From: the human T2T-CHM13v2.0 reference genome, Homo sapiens
DNA length: 64,000 bases
Direction: 5' to 3' (one strand)
NCBI RefSeq assembly: GCF_009914755.1
Contig: NC_060938.1
Program-made: the position numbers and the translations under genes
The notes under the pieces: model-generated
The model's input: the letters and a program-made list of their open reading frames with translations, nothing else
What the model was told of the DNA's origin: nothing
The model's database searches: none
Shown here: positions 14,425 through 27,519 of the stretch, one piece after another
Numbering within the stretch: position 1 is the first letter of the stretch
How the letters are laid out: each line of letters opens with the position of its first letter

Positions 14425-14598
14425 AAGTTTTCAAACTTTAATGTGCATCAAAATCACCTAGAGAGCTTATTAAAACACAGGTTGCTGGACCCCCAAACCC
14501 AGAATTTCTGATTCATAGGTCTGGAGTGGCTCCTAAGACTTTGTATTTTTAACAAGTTCCCAGGTGATGGTCTGCAGACCACATCTTGAGAACCACTG
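14425..14598. mobile_element. MER5A (hAT-Charlie MITE)
   Basis: gcatcaaaatcacctagagagctt...aacaagttcccaggtgat...tgagaaccactg. Confidence 0.85.
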
Positions 14599-14859
14599 AA
14601 CTAGTATTTACTAATTGCCAAGTATCTTCTTAGCACTATGCCAGGACCGTGGGGATGAAAAAGGAGTAAACACCTGTGTCTGGCCCCCAGTAAGGTCACA
14701 CTCAAAGCAGAAAAATAAATAGTATATGTATTTGGTGTGCACCAAAAACAAAAACAAAAACAAAAACAAAAAACAAACCCAAATCAATATATGTGAAGTG
14801 TCAAGTAGGCAGCACATATTACAAGATCTGTAAGATCTCACAAGGGGAAGATAAAATAA

Positions 14860-15240
14860 GAATAAATATCACATGACATTTATTAAGAGCTGCCTGTGTG
14901 CCTGCAACGTGCCAAGTACTTTATGTGGAAAACATCAGTTAATTCTCACCACAACCTTGTAGAAGTTATTTTTATCCCCGTTTTACAGATGACAAAAATG
15001 GGGCTCAGAAAGGTTAAGGAACTCCTTAGGAATTTTAACATCAGTGTGCATACCTTGGAGCCTAAGCTCTTGGCCAGACACTGTTTTGCCACTATGGGTG
15101 GGTTATGAGTTGAGAAGAATAAGGATGTAAAGTTATGTAGAATTAGAAGAGGAGGTGTGATGAGGCCAGCCCATGTTGCAGAACCAAGGTTTAAACCAGG
15201 CACCTGGCACTCTAGAGCAACTGTTCTACTGCCATGATGT
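14860..15240 (-). mobile_element. MIR fragments
   Basis: MIR core ccccgttttacagatga...ggctcagaaaggttaag. Confidence 0.7.
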
Positions 15241-15711
15241 CTCTTCTGATAAGCTCCTGAATAAACTGTTGGATCCTTAGCAATGATTTGTTAAGTGAAG
15301 CATTAATTAACATTTTTGAAAGAGGGTTGGGATGGAATGAGGTTGACAACATGATTTTTAAAAAGTGTCTTGAAATATCATTTGGCAGTGATTGGTCTGA
15401 TAGAATATAGAAGAGGGAGATGAGTGTGGGGTGCCAGTTAGGAGATTATTTCAATAGTGTAGGTGAAAGGACATAGGGGACTATGGTAAGGATTTTAATA
15501 AGAATAAAGGAAGAATTGAATGTGAGAACTGATGGACTCTAGAAATGGAATCAGTCTGAGAGAGTTGGGCCTTCTTCCAAGTGCATGGATATTTTCCTTT
15601 CTTAGATTGATTCCATTTCCAGAGCCCATGCAGCAGTCTCCAGCAGTCTCAGGAACAGAGAAAGATGAGTCATAAGGTGCCCTTAAGTGGTTCATCTGTG
15701 TTAATCTAGAC

Positions 15712-15938
15712 CACTGGTTCTCATCTGGAGGTGATTTTCCTCCTAGAGGACATTGGCAATGTCTACAGGCAATTTTTTTTGTCACAACTCAGAGGTGAGT
15801 GGTGTGGTGTAGGGATGGATACACAGGTATCTAGAGGCCAGGAATACAGTTCAACATCCTACAATGCATAGGGTGGCTCCCTAGAACAAAGAATTGCCCA
15901 TCCCCAAATGTCAACAGTGCTGAGATTGAGAAACCCTG
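15712..15938. mobile_element. MER20 (hAT-Charlie)
   Basis: ggacattggcaatgtct...ccaaatgtcaacagtgctgagattgagaaaccctg. Confidence 0.85.
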
Positions 15939-16272
15939 CTCTAGGCTGCACTGAGAAACTGCAAATCCGAGGCCCTCGGGACAAGCCAGGCATGGTGAAG
16001 GCATGTGTTTGATTTGTTTCATGGCATTGTTGGTGTTTTTAATTTAAAGCAACACTTAAAATCAGGAGAGGTCATATCAGAATGATGCAAATGTCAGGTT
16101 TCTCTTGGAAGATCTGCCAACCCTGTGCCCATATGGCACCAAGGCTACACTGGACTATAACTGACCCCATATTCCTTGGTTTGCCAGTCTATGCCATTTG
16201 CTGCCCAATTACTGAGAGCAATCTTCAGCTGCCATTTATCTTTGTTCTTATCTTTCTCAAGGTGGAAAAATA

Positions 16273-17124
16273 CAGTCAATCTCTATTATTTGTGTATTCT
16301 GTATTTGCAAATTTGCAAACTTGCTAAAATTTATTTGTAATTTCCAAATCAATACTCACAGCACTTTCATGGTCATTCACAGAATGGCTAAAAAATGAGT
16401 TGTCCAATGTGTAACTTCATAGCTGAGGTTGATCAGGGTAATGCTCCTTGTTTCAGCTCTAATTCAATAAACAAGTGTACTTTTCATGGTATATTCAGTG
16501 TCATGTTTTTCATTTTGGTGCTTTTTGGTGGTGCATTTGCTGTTTAAATGGCCCCAAACACAATCCTTAAATGCTGTCTAGCATTCCTAAGCACAAGAAG
16601 GCTGCAATGCTTGGGGAGAAAATACATTCATTAGATAAGCATCGTTCAAGCATGAGTTATAGTGCGATGGCTGTGAGTTCAATGGTAATGAATGAACAAT
16701 ATATATTAAACAAGGTATCTTTAAACAGAAACATACATAAAACAAGTTTATGCATTGATTGGTTGACAAAAATTTTGTGACCAGAGGCTCACAGGAACCT
16801 AACCCTCTATTTCCCCTAGGAGCAATATTCAGTATTCATTAATTCAGTGTACTTGGTGACTTAATAGAACATAACTACAGGTTGAGTATTCATTATCTAA
16901 AATGCCTGGGACTGACTGGAAGTGTTTCAGATTTTTTTTTTTTTTTGGATTTTGGAATATTTGCATTATAATGGTTCAGCATCTCTAATCTGAAAATCTG
17001 AACTCTGAAATGCTTCAATGAGCATTATCTCTGAGTGTCATATTGGTGCTCACAAAGTTCCAGATTTTGTAGCATTTTGGATTAAGAATACTCAACCTGC
17101 ACTGGGAATAACAGGGATTGACTG
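16273..17124. mobile_element. MER6-like Tigger MITE, interrupted by Tigger4a/MER46A
   Basis: TIRs cagtcaatc... and ...gattgactg, preceded by TA; internal gctaaaatttatttgtaa...aaatcaatactc. Confidence 0.75.
16878..17099. mobile_element. Tigger4a/MER46A-like MITE
   Basis: TIRs caggttgagtatt / aatactcaacctg; inserted after TA. Confidence 0.85.
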
Positions 17125-17512
17125 CATGTCTTTTACAGAAGTGGATAAACCAAAGATAGACTGAGGGCCACATATTATTAGAAAAATGGCACAGTGTATT
17201 TGTTTCTGAAGGTAAAAACTATTCCTGTTATTCCTGTGGACCAAATATGCACATCTTGCTTGTATCATCTGGCCCCTGTAGGCATTTGACTCACATTCCT
17301 AGACGTTTTCTTTCTTTCTTTCTTTTTTTGGTGGAGATGGGAAGCATCCAGAACCAAAATAGAAAATGATGAGTCAGAGATTCAGAGACTGGGGACTACC
17401 ATATAAGATAATGTAAATGATCCTGGAAAAAGGAATACATTTACATTTCGGGGTTTTGGTGGACTGATGGGGACGACAAAATAAGAATCCTGTCACCTAA
17501 GAAAGTGGAGGC

Positions 17513-17901
<389 letters not shown>

Positions 17902-17932
17902 TCAGTGTGCTGTGATAAAAATTCTGAGCTGC

Positions 17933-18250
17933 AGCTGGGTATGGTGGTTTACACCTGTAATCCCACCACTTTGGGAGGCCAAGGTGGTAGGATGATCGCT
18001 TGAGCTCAGGAGTTCAGGGCCAGCCTGGGCAACACAGTGAGACTTTGTCTCTACTAAAAATAAAAAAAAAATTAACCAGGCGTGGTGGTGTTTGCCTGTA
18101 GTCCCAGCTACTCAGGAGGCTGAGGTGGGAGGATTGCTTGAGAGTGGGAGGTCAAGGCTGCAGTGAGCTGCAGTCACACCACTGCACTCCAGCCTGGGTG
18201 ACAGAGTGAGCCCTGTCTCAAAAAATAAATAAATGAATAATTTTTAAAAA
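17933..18250 (+). mobile_element. AluJ
   Basis: J diagnostics (ttgagctcaggag, gtcaaggctgcag); TSD aattctgagctg. Confidence 0.9.
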
Positions 18251-19419
18251 AGAATTCTGAGCTGTATTTGGGTCACACCTGGAGTCAGTGGGAAAAGTGC
18301 CATGACTGACAGTGCTGTTTGCCATGGGCCCAGAAGAGAGGGGTGGTGAGGTGCTACGCATTTGCCAATCCCGGACTCAGCAGCGTGAGGGAGCAGCATG
18401 AAGGAGCAGCACAAGGGAAGTAGAAGGCAGGGAAAGGAAACTTTCCTTTCTTCCTTCCTTCCCGGTGTTCTCTGGGCTGCCCATGCTGTGTGCAGCAAAA
18501 AGGCACACGTGGCAGGACTGGGCCACCTGGGCTTCAGGGAAATCTGCCAGAGCCTTCAGGAGGTTCCAGGAATAGCCTCAGTTCTTTCTGGAACATTCCA
18601 GGAAATGTATTTCTTTTTTTTCATAGGGAAACTTAACTCTCTCTCCTGAAATTGTAGTCTTAATACTTTATCTTATTATTTTACTACATTAAAAAAAACA
18701 CTGAAGGAAAGGAAAGCAATTATGCTTCTATGAAAATCCAGCCATCCAACGAGAATTCCTAAACCTCTGAAATGTGAACTATCCTTTAAAGTAGCCTACT
18801 TTCTTGCATAGAATCAGTTATGGATTAACAGACTGCATCCAGGTATCTAAATATAAATTTTTAAAATAAGACAGCTTACACAATACATACGAGGAATTCA
18901 ATTTTAGTGGATAAGGTTTTTAAAAAGAGACTTACCAATAAAAAACAAGTTTTTTTCTATTGAGAAAATGGAAAGGAAAAAGAATAATCACTCCTGGAAA
19001 CTTTCTAAAATTCATGTTTAATATGAAATCACAATTACTTTCTTGAGGTTATTGAGTTTCAATTTATTACTTTTTTTTTTTTTACTTAGAGACTATTTGA
19101 ATAGCTCTTACTTTCATTTAAGAAAGAATTGTTCTCTTTTGAAAATCTATTTGCATTCGTACTGTTTGCACTTAAGAACCTCTCTCCCTAAATTGCTTTA
19201 TAATATTTCTAAGTGAAGCTCTGAAATATGCACAATATCTGACAATGATTTGATAGAGAGCAATGTACCGTGTAGGAGATGATTTGCACTGAGAAAAAAA
19301 TTACAAGAGAAAGCAGAAGTGATAAACTGTTTCTGATTAGTACCTCTGGCTCTCAAGACAAAACCACAAGGAAAAGGCAGCTTATTTCAGAATTAATGTT
19401 TTATTTATTTTTTTTTTGG

Positions 19420-20200
19420 CAACTCAATGGAAAAGTGGGTAAATGACTTAGCAGACACCACACCAAAGATGATATTCAAATGACCAGAAAATATAAACAC
19501 ATGCTTAATACCATTAGTTATCACAACACTGTGATACCACTGTACACCCACCAGGATAGCTAAAATGAAAAGACAAATAATAGCAAGTGCTGGTGAGAAT
19601 GAGGAGTACTACTGGGAGAGATGTACCATGGCACCACCATCATCTGGTAACTTTTGCAGGATATACTAACAGAGCATTTGTGTACCTGAGCACCCAGTGA
19701 TTGCCCTCCTAGGGATACAACCAACAGAAATGCTTACATTTATGCACCAAAAGACAGGTGCTATAATGTTTATAGCTGCACTACTCTTAGTAGCTCAAAC
19801 CTGGAAACTATCAAAAGGCTCACCAATGACAGAATGGATAAATTGTGAAACATTCATAAAAATGGAATACCATACAACAGTCAGAATGATCTAAAGCTAT
19901 ATGCAACAATATAAGTGGATCCAAAAAACATATCTTTGAGCAAGAGAAGCCATGCATAAGAGTGCATACTGTATGATGACATTTATATGAAATAGAAACA
20001 TAGGCAAAGTTACCATGCTGCTAGAAGGTTATCCTTGCCAAGAGTGTGGTGTGGGCGCTCTGGACTGGAAGGGAGCATGCAGGGGGCTTCTGGAGGCTGA
20101 TGATATCCTGATATTCTGTTCTTCTGATTTATTGCTAATTACACAGGTGTGATCAGTTTGTGGAAATTCATTGAAATGTACATTCATGATTTCTTCACTA
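19420..20200 (+). mobile_element. L1ME-like 3' end
   Basis: Decayed ORF2 C-terminus and 3' UTR motifs (ORF 19697-19894 IALLGIQPTEM...). Confidence 0.75.
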
Positions 20201-20332
20201 AAAATTTCTGTAACATATCTTTTTTGTTGTTTTTTGCAGCTGCAGGCTTACATCATTTTAGAGATAATTTTAGAAAACTTGCAATTTGGCAGTTCCTCCC
20301 ATAGGATATACAGCCAAAGAACTGACAACAAG

Positions 20333-20462
20333 CAGTGGTATGCTGGGGCTGGCTTGTACTGACTTCCAAACATCAAGGTCAGCAACCTCAGGTAGGTAGC
20401 CTGAAGGCAGCCATGGAAAATGCTACAAATCAGAGCTTTCCACGTTTGCCAGCACACCACTG
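20333..20462. mobile_element. MER63-like hAT MITE
   Basis: TIRs cagtggtatgctgg / ccagcacaccactg. Confidence 0.65.
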
Positions 20463-20551
20463 AATAGCAACAGAGACAAAAACAAAACAATCACTGAATA
20501 ATAGTAATGATCATAACAACGAAACCAAACATCTGCATTTAAAACTCTAAT

Positions 20552-20679
20552 AGCTGGGTGCGGTGGCTCACGTCTGTAATCCCAGCACTTTAGGAGGCTG
20601 AGACAGGAGGATCACTTGAGCCCAGGAGTTCAAGACCAGCCTGGGCAACATAGCAAGACTCCGTCTCTACAAAAAAAAA
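20552..20679 (+). mobile_element. Alu monomer (FLAM_C-like)
   Basis: Left arm only, followed by an A-tail. Confidence 0.85.
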
Positions 20680-22479
20680 GTAATGGAAAAAAATTCAAAT
20701 TCAAATAATAAAAACAATGAAAATAACAGTATGTAAATAATGGTATGTAAAAATCTAACAATCACTTGAAATTGAAGAATTTGGCATGTAAAATGAATAA
20801 TACTGTCTTCCCCCAAGAAGTTTAGCACCAAACTGGCTCTTGTCCTGAGATAAGGAATTCCAGGCCAGGCTTACATCGCAACTCAGTCCTCAAAAGCCCT
20901 CTCTTGCAGAATGAGAAGGCACAAGCATATTTACCCATTTTGTTTTCACCTTCCATCTCTCTCAATCAAATCTTACTTCTCATTTTAGGAAGTAAATAGT
21001 CCAAAATGGCCTTTTAATTACTCTTTGATCCTTCCACCCCACCCTGCCCTTTTCTTTCCTAGCAAGGAAATGACAATGAGTGTGGCCTATAGACAAGGGT
21101 AATTACAGATCCACCAGTGGGCTGTTCCGCCCAGGATAAGGGGGCAGAGCTCAAAGCTGGTCAGTGTGTGTTCTCCTCTCTCCACTTAGCTGTCATTCCA
21201 CCCTGTGCTTTTCTACTTCCCTCTTACAAGGGGCCAACAGGGCTGTGGAGTCCCCAGGGCACTTCCAAGGCATAGGTAAAATGAGGGGAATGAAAGATGC
21301 CGCAGCTACATGGTTCATCTCCTTTTGATCTCACAATGTTGAAGCCCCAATTGAGAAGCTTGAAAGAGGAGGGAATTTAAAGTGTCTCTTCACAAAGGCA
21401 CAAGCAACAGGCAGCGGACATTTTTATCCAAAGAGACTCTTGTCAGGAACTGAGTCAGAGAAACATCAGTAAGTCTAGATCCCAATTAAATTTGCCGCTA
21501 ACTGGGACCTTAGCTCTCATGTAATCCTGCATTCTTATTTTATACACGAGAAGCTAGAGGTGCAGAGGAGTTAAGTGGGTCGCCCAAGGAGGTAGGCACA
21601 GGATCCAAATAGGGACCTCAAATTGCATCTCCAAGTTTGTCTACCCTATTTAGCCACTGCTATTCTAGGTTCCTTGATGGAGCCCCACTCCCACGCCTAC
21701 TCCACGTTAATGTTCTGAAATTGGGATGTACTTCATAATTATTTCATGTAATTCTTTTTCTTGTTTATTGTTTTTTTCTTTAAAAAAAATGTTTTAAAGC
21801 CTGTTAGTAACTCGTCGGTGTACTGGAATCTAGGTAATGTGGATTTGCAACATGTATTTACATTTGAAAATTATATACCAAAGATTTGTCTTTATTAAAA
21901 ATATCTCTAGGACATTTACAATCCAATCTAGTTTACACAAAGTTTTCGGGAACTCATACCCACTGAGGGCTGCATTTCGGAAGCACTCCTGTGCAGCTTG
22001 TTGCTTGTCCACCATTTTTTCCTGATTTTTCCTGCTCTCCTTGAAGTTATGGGCTAAATTGTTTGCAGACTCCCAGAGGTGAGTGAGAGTCCGAAGGCCT
22101 TGAAATAAAATGGAATTAAAAATGGCAGCGGGGATGCCTGAGCTGCTCCACCTCTCAAAACTTCCCAAGGCGGGGAGTGGGTCTGATCGATCTGAATTTC
22201 TCATTGCTCTTGGCCACCTTCTGACTAACCCAACTTCTGCCTTTGTTTGGTGTAAAACCCACTGAATGCAAAAAAATCGTTGTGGGCTCTCTTGCCAGAG
22301 AACATACAACCTAAAAGGTGATTACACAGGAATTCAACAAATGTTTCATTAAATACACTTCTATTTATTATTTTAATTTTTTTTTCACTGCTATATTCCC
22401 AATACCTACAAGAGTACTGGAGCACCAATACAAATGGCTGAATGACCTTTGAATAATAAAAGATATTGTTATTAAATAC

Positions 22480-23270
22480 CTGCAAATGCTGGGCAACTTT
22501 TCAAAGACAATCTCATTGATCCTGCTCTATAACTATAGGAGGTGGTGTGTTGCCTGTTTCACAGATGAGGAAACCGAGGTACAGATGGGATAAATAACTT
22601 ACCAAAGACACACTCAAGAGGAAGAAGTTGAGATTTTCAGGCTCCAAAGCCTGGGTTCTTTCTCAGAATGTACTGGTCTCCCTTTTCCAAAGAATAATAG
22701 GTCCTCAAGCTGAGGGGTGACTCTAAGGGACTGTCAACCCCTTGCTAGAGATTTTGTCTCCCAGACCTCCTTTCCTCCATTCCTCCATTCCTGCTCTGTG
22801 AAAGGCACTGTGTCTTTGGCTGCTTGACTTTCCCTCGTTCCCAGGGGAGGGACCCACATGTGAGGGGAAGCAGCCGTAAGCATTTCAGCCGTTCTTTCCA
22901 TGCTTTAGGTACCCCTCTATCTGTATAGATACACAATCATAGTAAAAACCTGGGTTTATTACAAAAGGCTTTCTCATACATTCATTCTGTCATCCAGTCC
23001 TCATCACCACCCTGGATCTAGTCAGAAATTACTAGCGCCATTTAACATGTGCCAAAAACTCACATTAATTAGGTTATTCTGGCCAGGCTCTGTTTTAAGG
23101 GCTTTGTGTCTATCATTCCTTTCATCTTCGCAACAGTCCTTGGTGAATGGTCTGATTATCTCCATTTTCCAGATGAGAAAACTAAAGCACAGAGAGGTCA
23201 AATAACTAACCCAAGTTCACAGCCTACCACCGTCCTTCCCACTGCAAGATACAGGTCCTTATTCCTAACC
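22480..23270 (-). mobile_element. MIR fragments (~22480-22660 and ~23070-23270)
   Basis: cagatgaggaaaccgagg and cagatgagaaaactaaagcacagagagg cores. Confidence 0.7.
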
Positions 23271-23801
23271 CCTCAGTTGTGTTGCCTGAATAGCAGTAGA
23301 CCCTGGAACAGATTCTAGTTTTCCTGACCCTATACTGCCCAATGCCATTTGGGCAGTCCCCACTATGGTTTTATTAGGAGAAGACCTCTTCAGACGCATC
23401 TAGTCCTCTGGCTCCAACTCTCATTTTAGCGCTTGCTATAAAAGGGCTTAACAGAGACTGGTTAAGCCCTTTCTGCCATGCTCATTCTATTTCCTGTTTC
23501 TCCTAGTTTATTGTCCATTAACTTGAATTTCTGTTGTGCATCTTGGGTTCTCCTAACTTATGTACAGTGTCAAAATGCTTGTCATCCTTTGCAGTTGGCC
23601 AACAAGCACTGATTTGTCTACAGTGTAATGGCATACATATTCAACTGCTTTTAGGAGCTGGGAGGATGCAGCCTCATGTTTCCCATAGGTGAGACAGTAT
23701 AGGTGACACAGTGGCCAAGATAGGGTGTTTTAAGGTTTGAGGTAAGGCGACCATGAGCTGTCAAACTTAAGTCCTGGCCCTCAGTCTCATCTCCAATTCT
23801 G

Positions 23802-24112
23802 TTTTTTTTTTTTTTTTTTTTTTTTTTTTGAGACAGTGTCTTGCTCTGTTGTCCAGGCTGGAGTGCAGTGGCACAATCTCAGCTCACTGCAACCTCTGCC
23901 TCCTGGGTTCAAGCAATTCTCCTGCCTCAGACTCTCCAAGTAGCTGGGACTACAGGCCCACACCACCATGCCTGGCTAATTTTTGTATATTTACTAGAGA
24001 TGGGGTTTCGCCATGTTGACCAGGCTTGTCTCAATCTCCTGTCCTCAGGTGATCTGCCTGCCTCGGCCTCCCAAAGTGCTGGGATTACAGGCATGAGTCA
24101 CCACTCCCGGCT
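23802..24112 (-). mobile_element. AluSx-like
   Basis: Long poly(T) followed by a full dimer. Confidence 0.92.
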
Positions 24113-24819
24113 GTCCTAAACCAATTCTAATGAGTCTCCCTGTTAAATCAACATTCCTGGTGGAAAAGACACGGATATGAAATCACATCTCATAGCATAG
24201 TTCATATAGCAAGCCTTGTTTCAGCAACAGCTGCTCCATACCTTGGTTTCAATACATTATAAAAACCAGTTTTTCTCAGAGGCATCATGGAATTACAATA
24301 GTCACACACCATTATCTGTGTAACGATTATCCATTCTTCTTTCTGGGCATATAAAAGCGTTTTGGTTATGCAATCAAACTAGAAATCTCCCTCACTGTGT
24401 GAACGACCCAATTGAGCAACCAAGTAAACCTGAAGCTCTGTGCCTGCTGAACAGCTCATGGTCTTATCAGTGGTCTTATCAGATGAGCCAGTGGTCTCAT
24501 CATCAGTATCCTGAACTTGAATCAACAACAGTAAGGGCCTCACTCAGCCTATGTCAGGCCTTGAGGTAGTTACAGTGAGGACGGAGCTCTAAACACAGAT
24601 CTAAATTCTTTAACATGGTTGGGGAGATAAAAGAACAGTAGGACAGGAAGGAATGTAGTGGGTATATTGTGCCACTGATAAATATGATTTAATATCTAAA
24701 GAAAACTATGAGATATGAACAAATACTAAATGAAATTAATTTTCAAATCCAATATTTATACAAATTTTATAGTAACCTTTTCAGATATATGAATTAAATA
24801 ATTTCTCTAAAAACACTCT

Positions 24820-25470
24820 TGGATTCACGATAGCCAAGATATGGAAACAACCTAAGTGTACACCAACAGACAAACAGATAAAGAAAATATGGTATGTATA
24901 CATATATAAATACATATATACACAATGGAAGGTCATTCAGCCTTAAAAAAGAAGATCCTGCCACTTGCCACAACGTGGGTTATGCTAAGTAGATGAGGAA
25001 ATTATGCTACGTGAAGTAAGCCAGACACAGAAAGAAAAATATTGTATGATATTTACTGTACAACATACAACGATATTGTATGATATTTTAAAGTATTACT
25101 TACGTGGAATCTAAAAAAGCCTAATATACAGAGATAGAGAATAAAATAGTGGTTACCATGGTGGGGAGAAAATGAAGGAGATGTAAGTCCAATAATTCAA
25201 CGGAGGAGATACGTAGGATAAACAGGCCTGGAGATCGAATGTATAACATGAGGACTGTAGTTAATAATATTGTATTGTATTAGGGATTTTTGTTAAATAA
25301 GTAGATTTTAGCTGCTCTTGTCACATACAAAAAAGTAACTAAGTGAGATGATAGACATGTTAGTCTGCTTTACTATAGTAACCATTTTTCTATCTGTATC
25401 CCATAACATCATGTTGTAAACCTCAAATATGCACAATACAATTTATTTTAAAGTAAAATAAAATAAAATG
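24820..25470 (+). mobile_element. L1MA-like 3' end
   Basis: atagccaagatatggaaacaacctaagtg...; ends with an A-rich tail. Confidence 0.82.
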
Positions 25471-26853
25471 CTCTTGATTAATTTTTGATGGTGCTTTCAC
25501 AAAAATCTTTTGTACATATAGTTTCAGAAAACTTAATAATAGACACTAATCCAAAAGCCTTCATAATATGCAAATTAAATAATGTGAATGGAAAATTGAT
25601 GACTTTGTTCTCGTAAAAGGGAGCAGAGGAATTTAGAGAGTGAAACTATAATAATAATTGAACTATTTGGCTCCACTCAGAAGAGAATAATTGGCCAATC
25701 TTTGGCTAGCCTCCAAATTGAGTAATAATCTCTGACCTACTAATTCACTCCTTCCCTGTTTTACAGATGGAATTCATAAATTATTCTTTACTTCCTGCCC
25801 TCAATGTAAGTAGAACTTCCAGGTTCTACTAAGTATTTGTCCTATTTCATTTCCATGGTGGCTATATGTCAATGGATTCTGTGTTTACATATAGTTTAAT
25901 CATTTTATGGCATGTTTCAAAAGAAAAGAATTATGTGAGTGCATTTTTTATGTAGCCCAGATGTGTATGTAATCTTATTTTGACATTACAGGTTATTGAG
26001 CAAGTGCATTACAATAATCTATTGTTAGGATCAGAGCCAGCCCTAAAGCTGCTACACATGAGGTATAATTCAAGGAACTGTCAGCACTGGGATCTTCACT
26101 GGGAATGATGCCAGGGCTGGGCAAGTCAATGTCAGGCTGGAGGTAAAGGGTACACACACCAGGTGGACTAGGTAGAGAGACTTCCTCAGTTTGTGGTCAA
26201 CGACCTAGAGCTAGATGAAAAGACTGTACACAGGTCAGAACAAGCCATAGAGATGACCAGGAGGGAAGGCACATACCTTGGAACCAAAGCCATGCTTGCA
26301 GACAGGAAGGCAGAAACTCTAGATACACAGGAGACTACAGAGGGAGAATGAAGGAGTAGAGAGTGCTAGTGGTAAGATGCCAAAAAAGCTAGCAAGTAGT
26401 GCAAATGAATGGGGAGAGGAGCATTTTGCCTCATCCCAGAAACTTCTTTTGTGCTTTTTGCTAGGGTAGGAGTCAACCAGACAGCCAATCCAAGGGGACA
26501 GTCACACTGCTATGTGTTTTCTGTGTGAGAGGCATAGCAAAACTAAACATCAACAATTTTTTTTTCTTTTCTAGACACATGTGGAAACTCCTACCAATAG
26601 ATTGATCTTTGGGGCAAAGGTAATGTCTATCGAAAGCCAATGTTAAAAAAAAAAAGAATATATTACTTATAATGAGGGAACATTCATGTTATAGTATAGA
26701 CATATATAACTTCCCCTTAAAGAGAGAAAACAATGTTAATGTAAACTTTGATAGTTGTAATGTGGAATATAGAAAGAAAATGTGATTATGGGTGTCTGAG
26801 GGCATGGAAGAGTCCCCAGAAGGGAGAATAGGTGTTTCAATTGAGTTTTATTG

Positions 26854-26854
<1 letters not shown>

Positions 26855-26890
<36 letters not shown>
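26855..26890 (+). repeat. (AC)18 microsatellite
   Basis: Directly visible. Confidence 0.97.
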
Positions 26891-26893
<3 letters not shown>

Positions 26894-27519
26894 GAAACAA
26901 CTAAAAAATGAGTCTTTGGATGTTCAGAATTCTTAATGTAAATAATAAAAAAAAGGGGTCTTGGCAATATGTACTGTGTCACTTGGGTGATTTAATGTTC
27001 TGGGATTTTTCTAACTTTGCAGAGGGTTGAGCAAATGATCTTCAAGATCCAGTGTCCCAATTCTATCCATTTATAACTCTCAACTGTAGTGGGTGGCCAC
27101 CTTTTTGACACCTGGAAGTGACTTTTTTGAATACTGCCATGGTAACCCTTAGGAGCCAAAGATGACAAGAACCTTATGATATTATACTGAGGTAGACTCC
27201 GTTTCCAAAGCCAGAAGTGGAAGTTGGGTAAGGAGGAGGAGGAACAGCTGCTATATCCAGGGACCCTGATAAAGAAATGATTTCCTCCTGCTTTTGGACT
27301 TTTCCATGTTTCCTGTTTGTCAAAGCCAATCTAGATGGACTTTATCCAAGTTCTGTCTCAGAATTGGCTTATTTTGAGATATGATGCAAAGAATTTGCAG
27401 TAGGTCGTGATAGGCCAGTCTTGATAAGATTTCCTCCCACGCAGGTCTGTGTCTGCTTTTTTCCTCCTGTGAGTGTCTGAGAATTGAGAGGCTCACACCT
27501 ATGTCTCTTCCATTTTAAA

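Noticed and set aside
21830-22309. 159-aa minus-strand ORF, sense to TRIM9
   Set aside because: No similarity to downstream TRIM9 domains or any protein I recognise, and no convincing exon boundaries.
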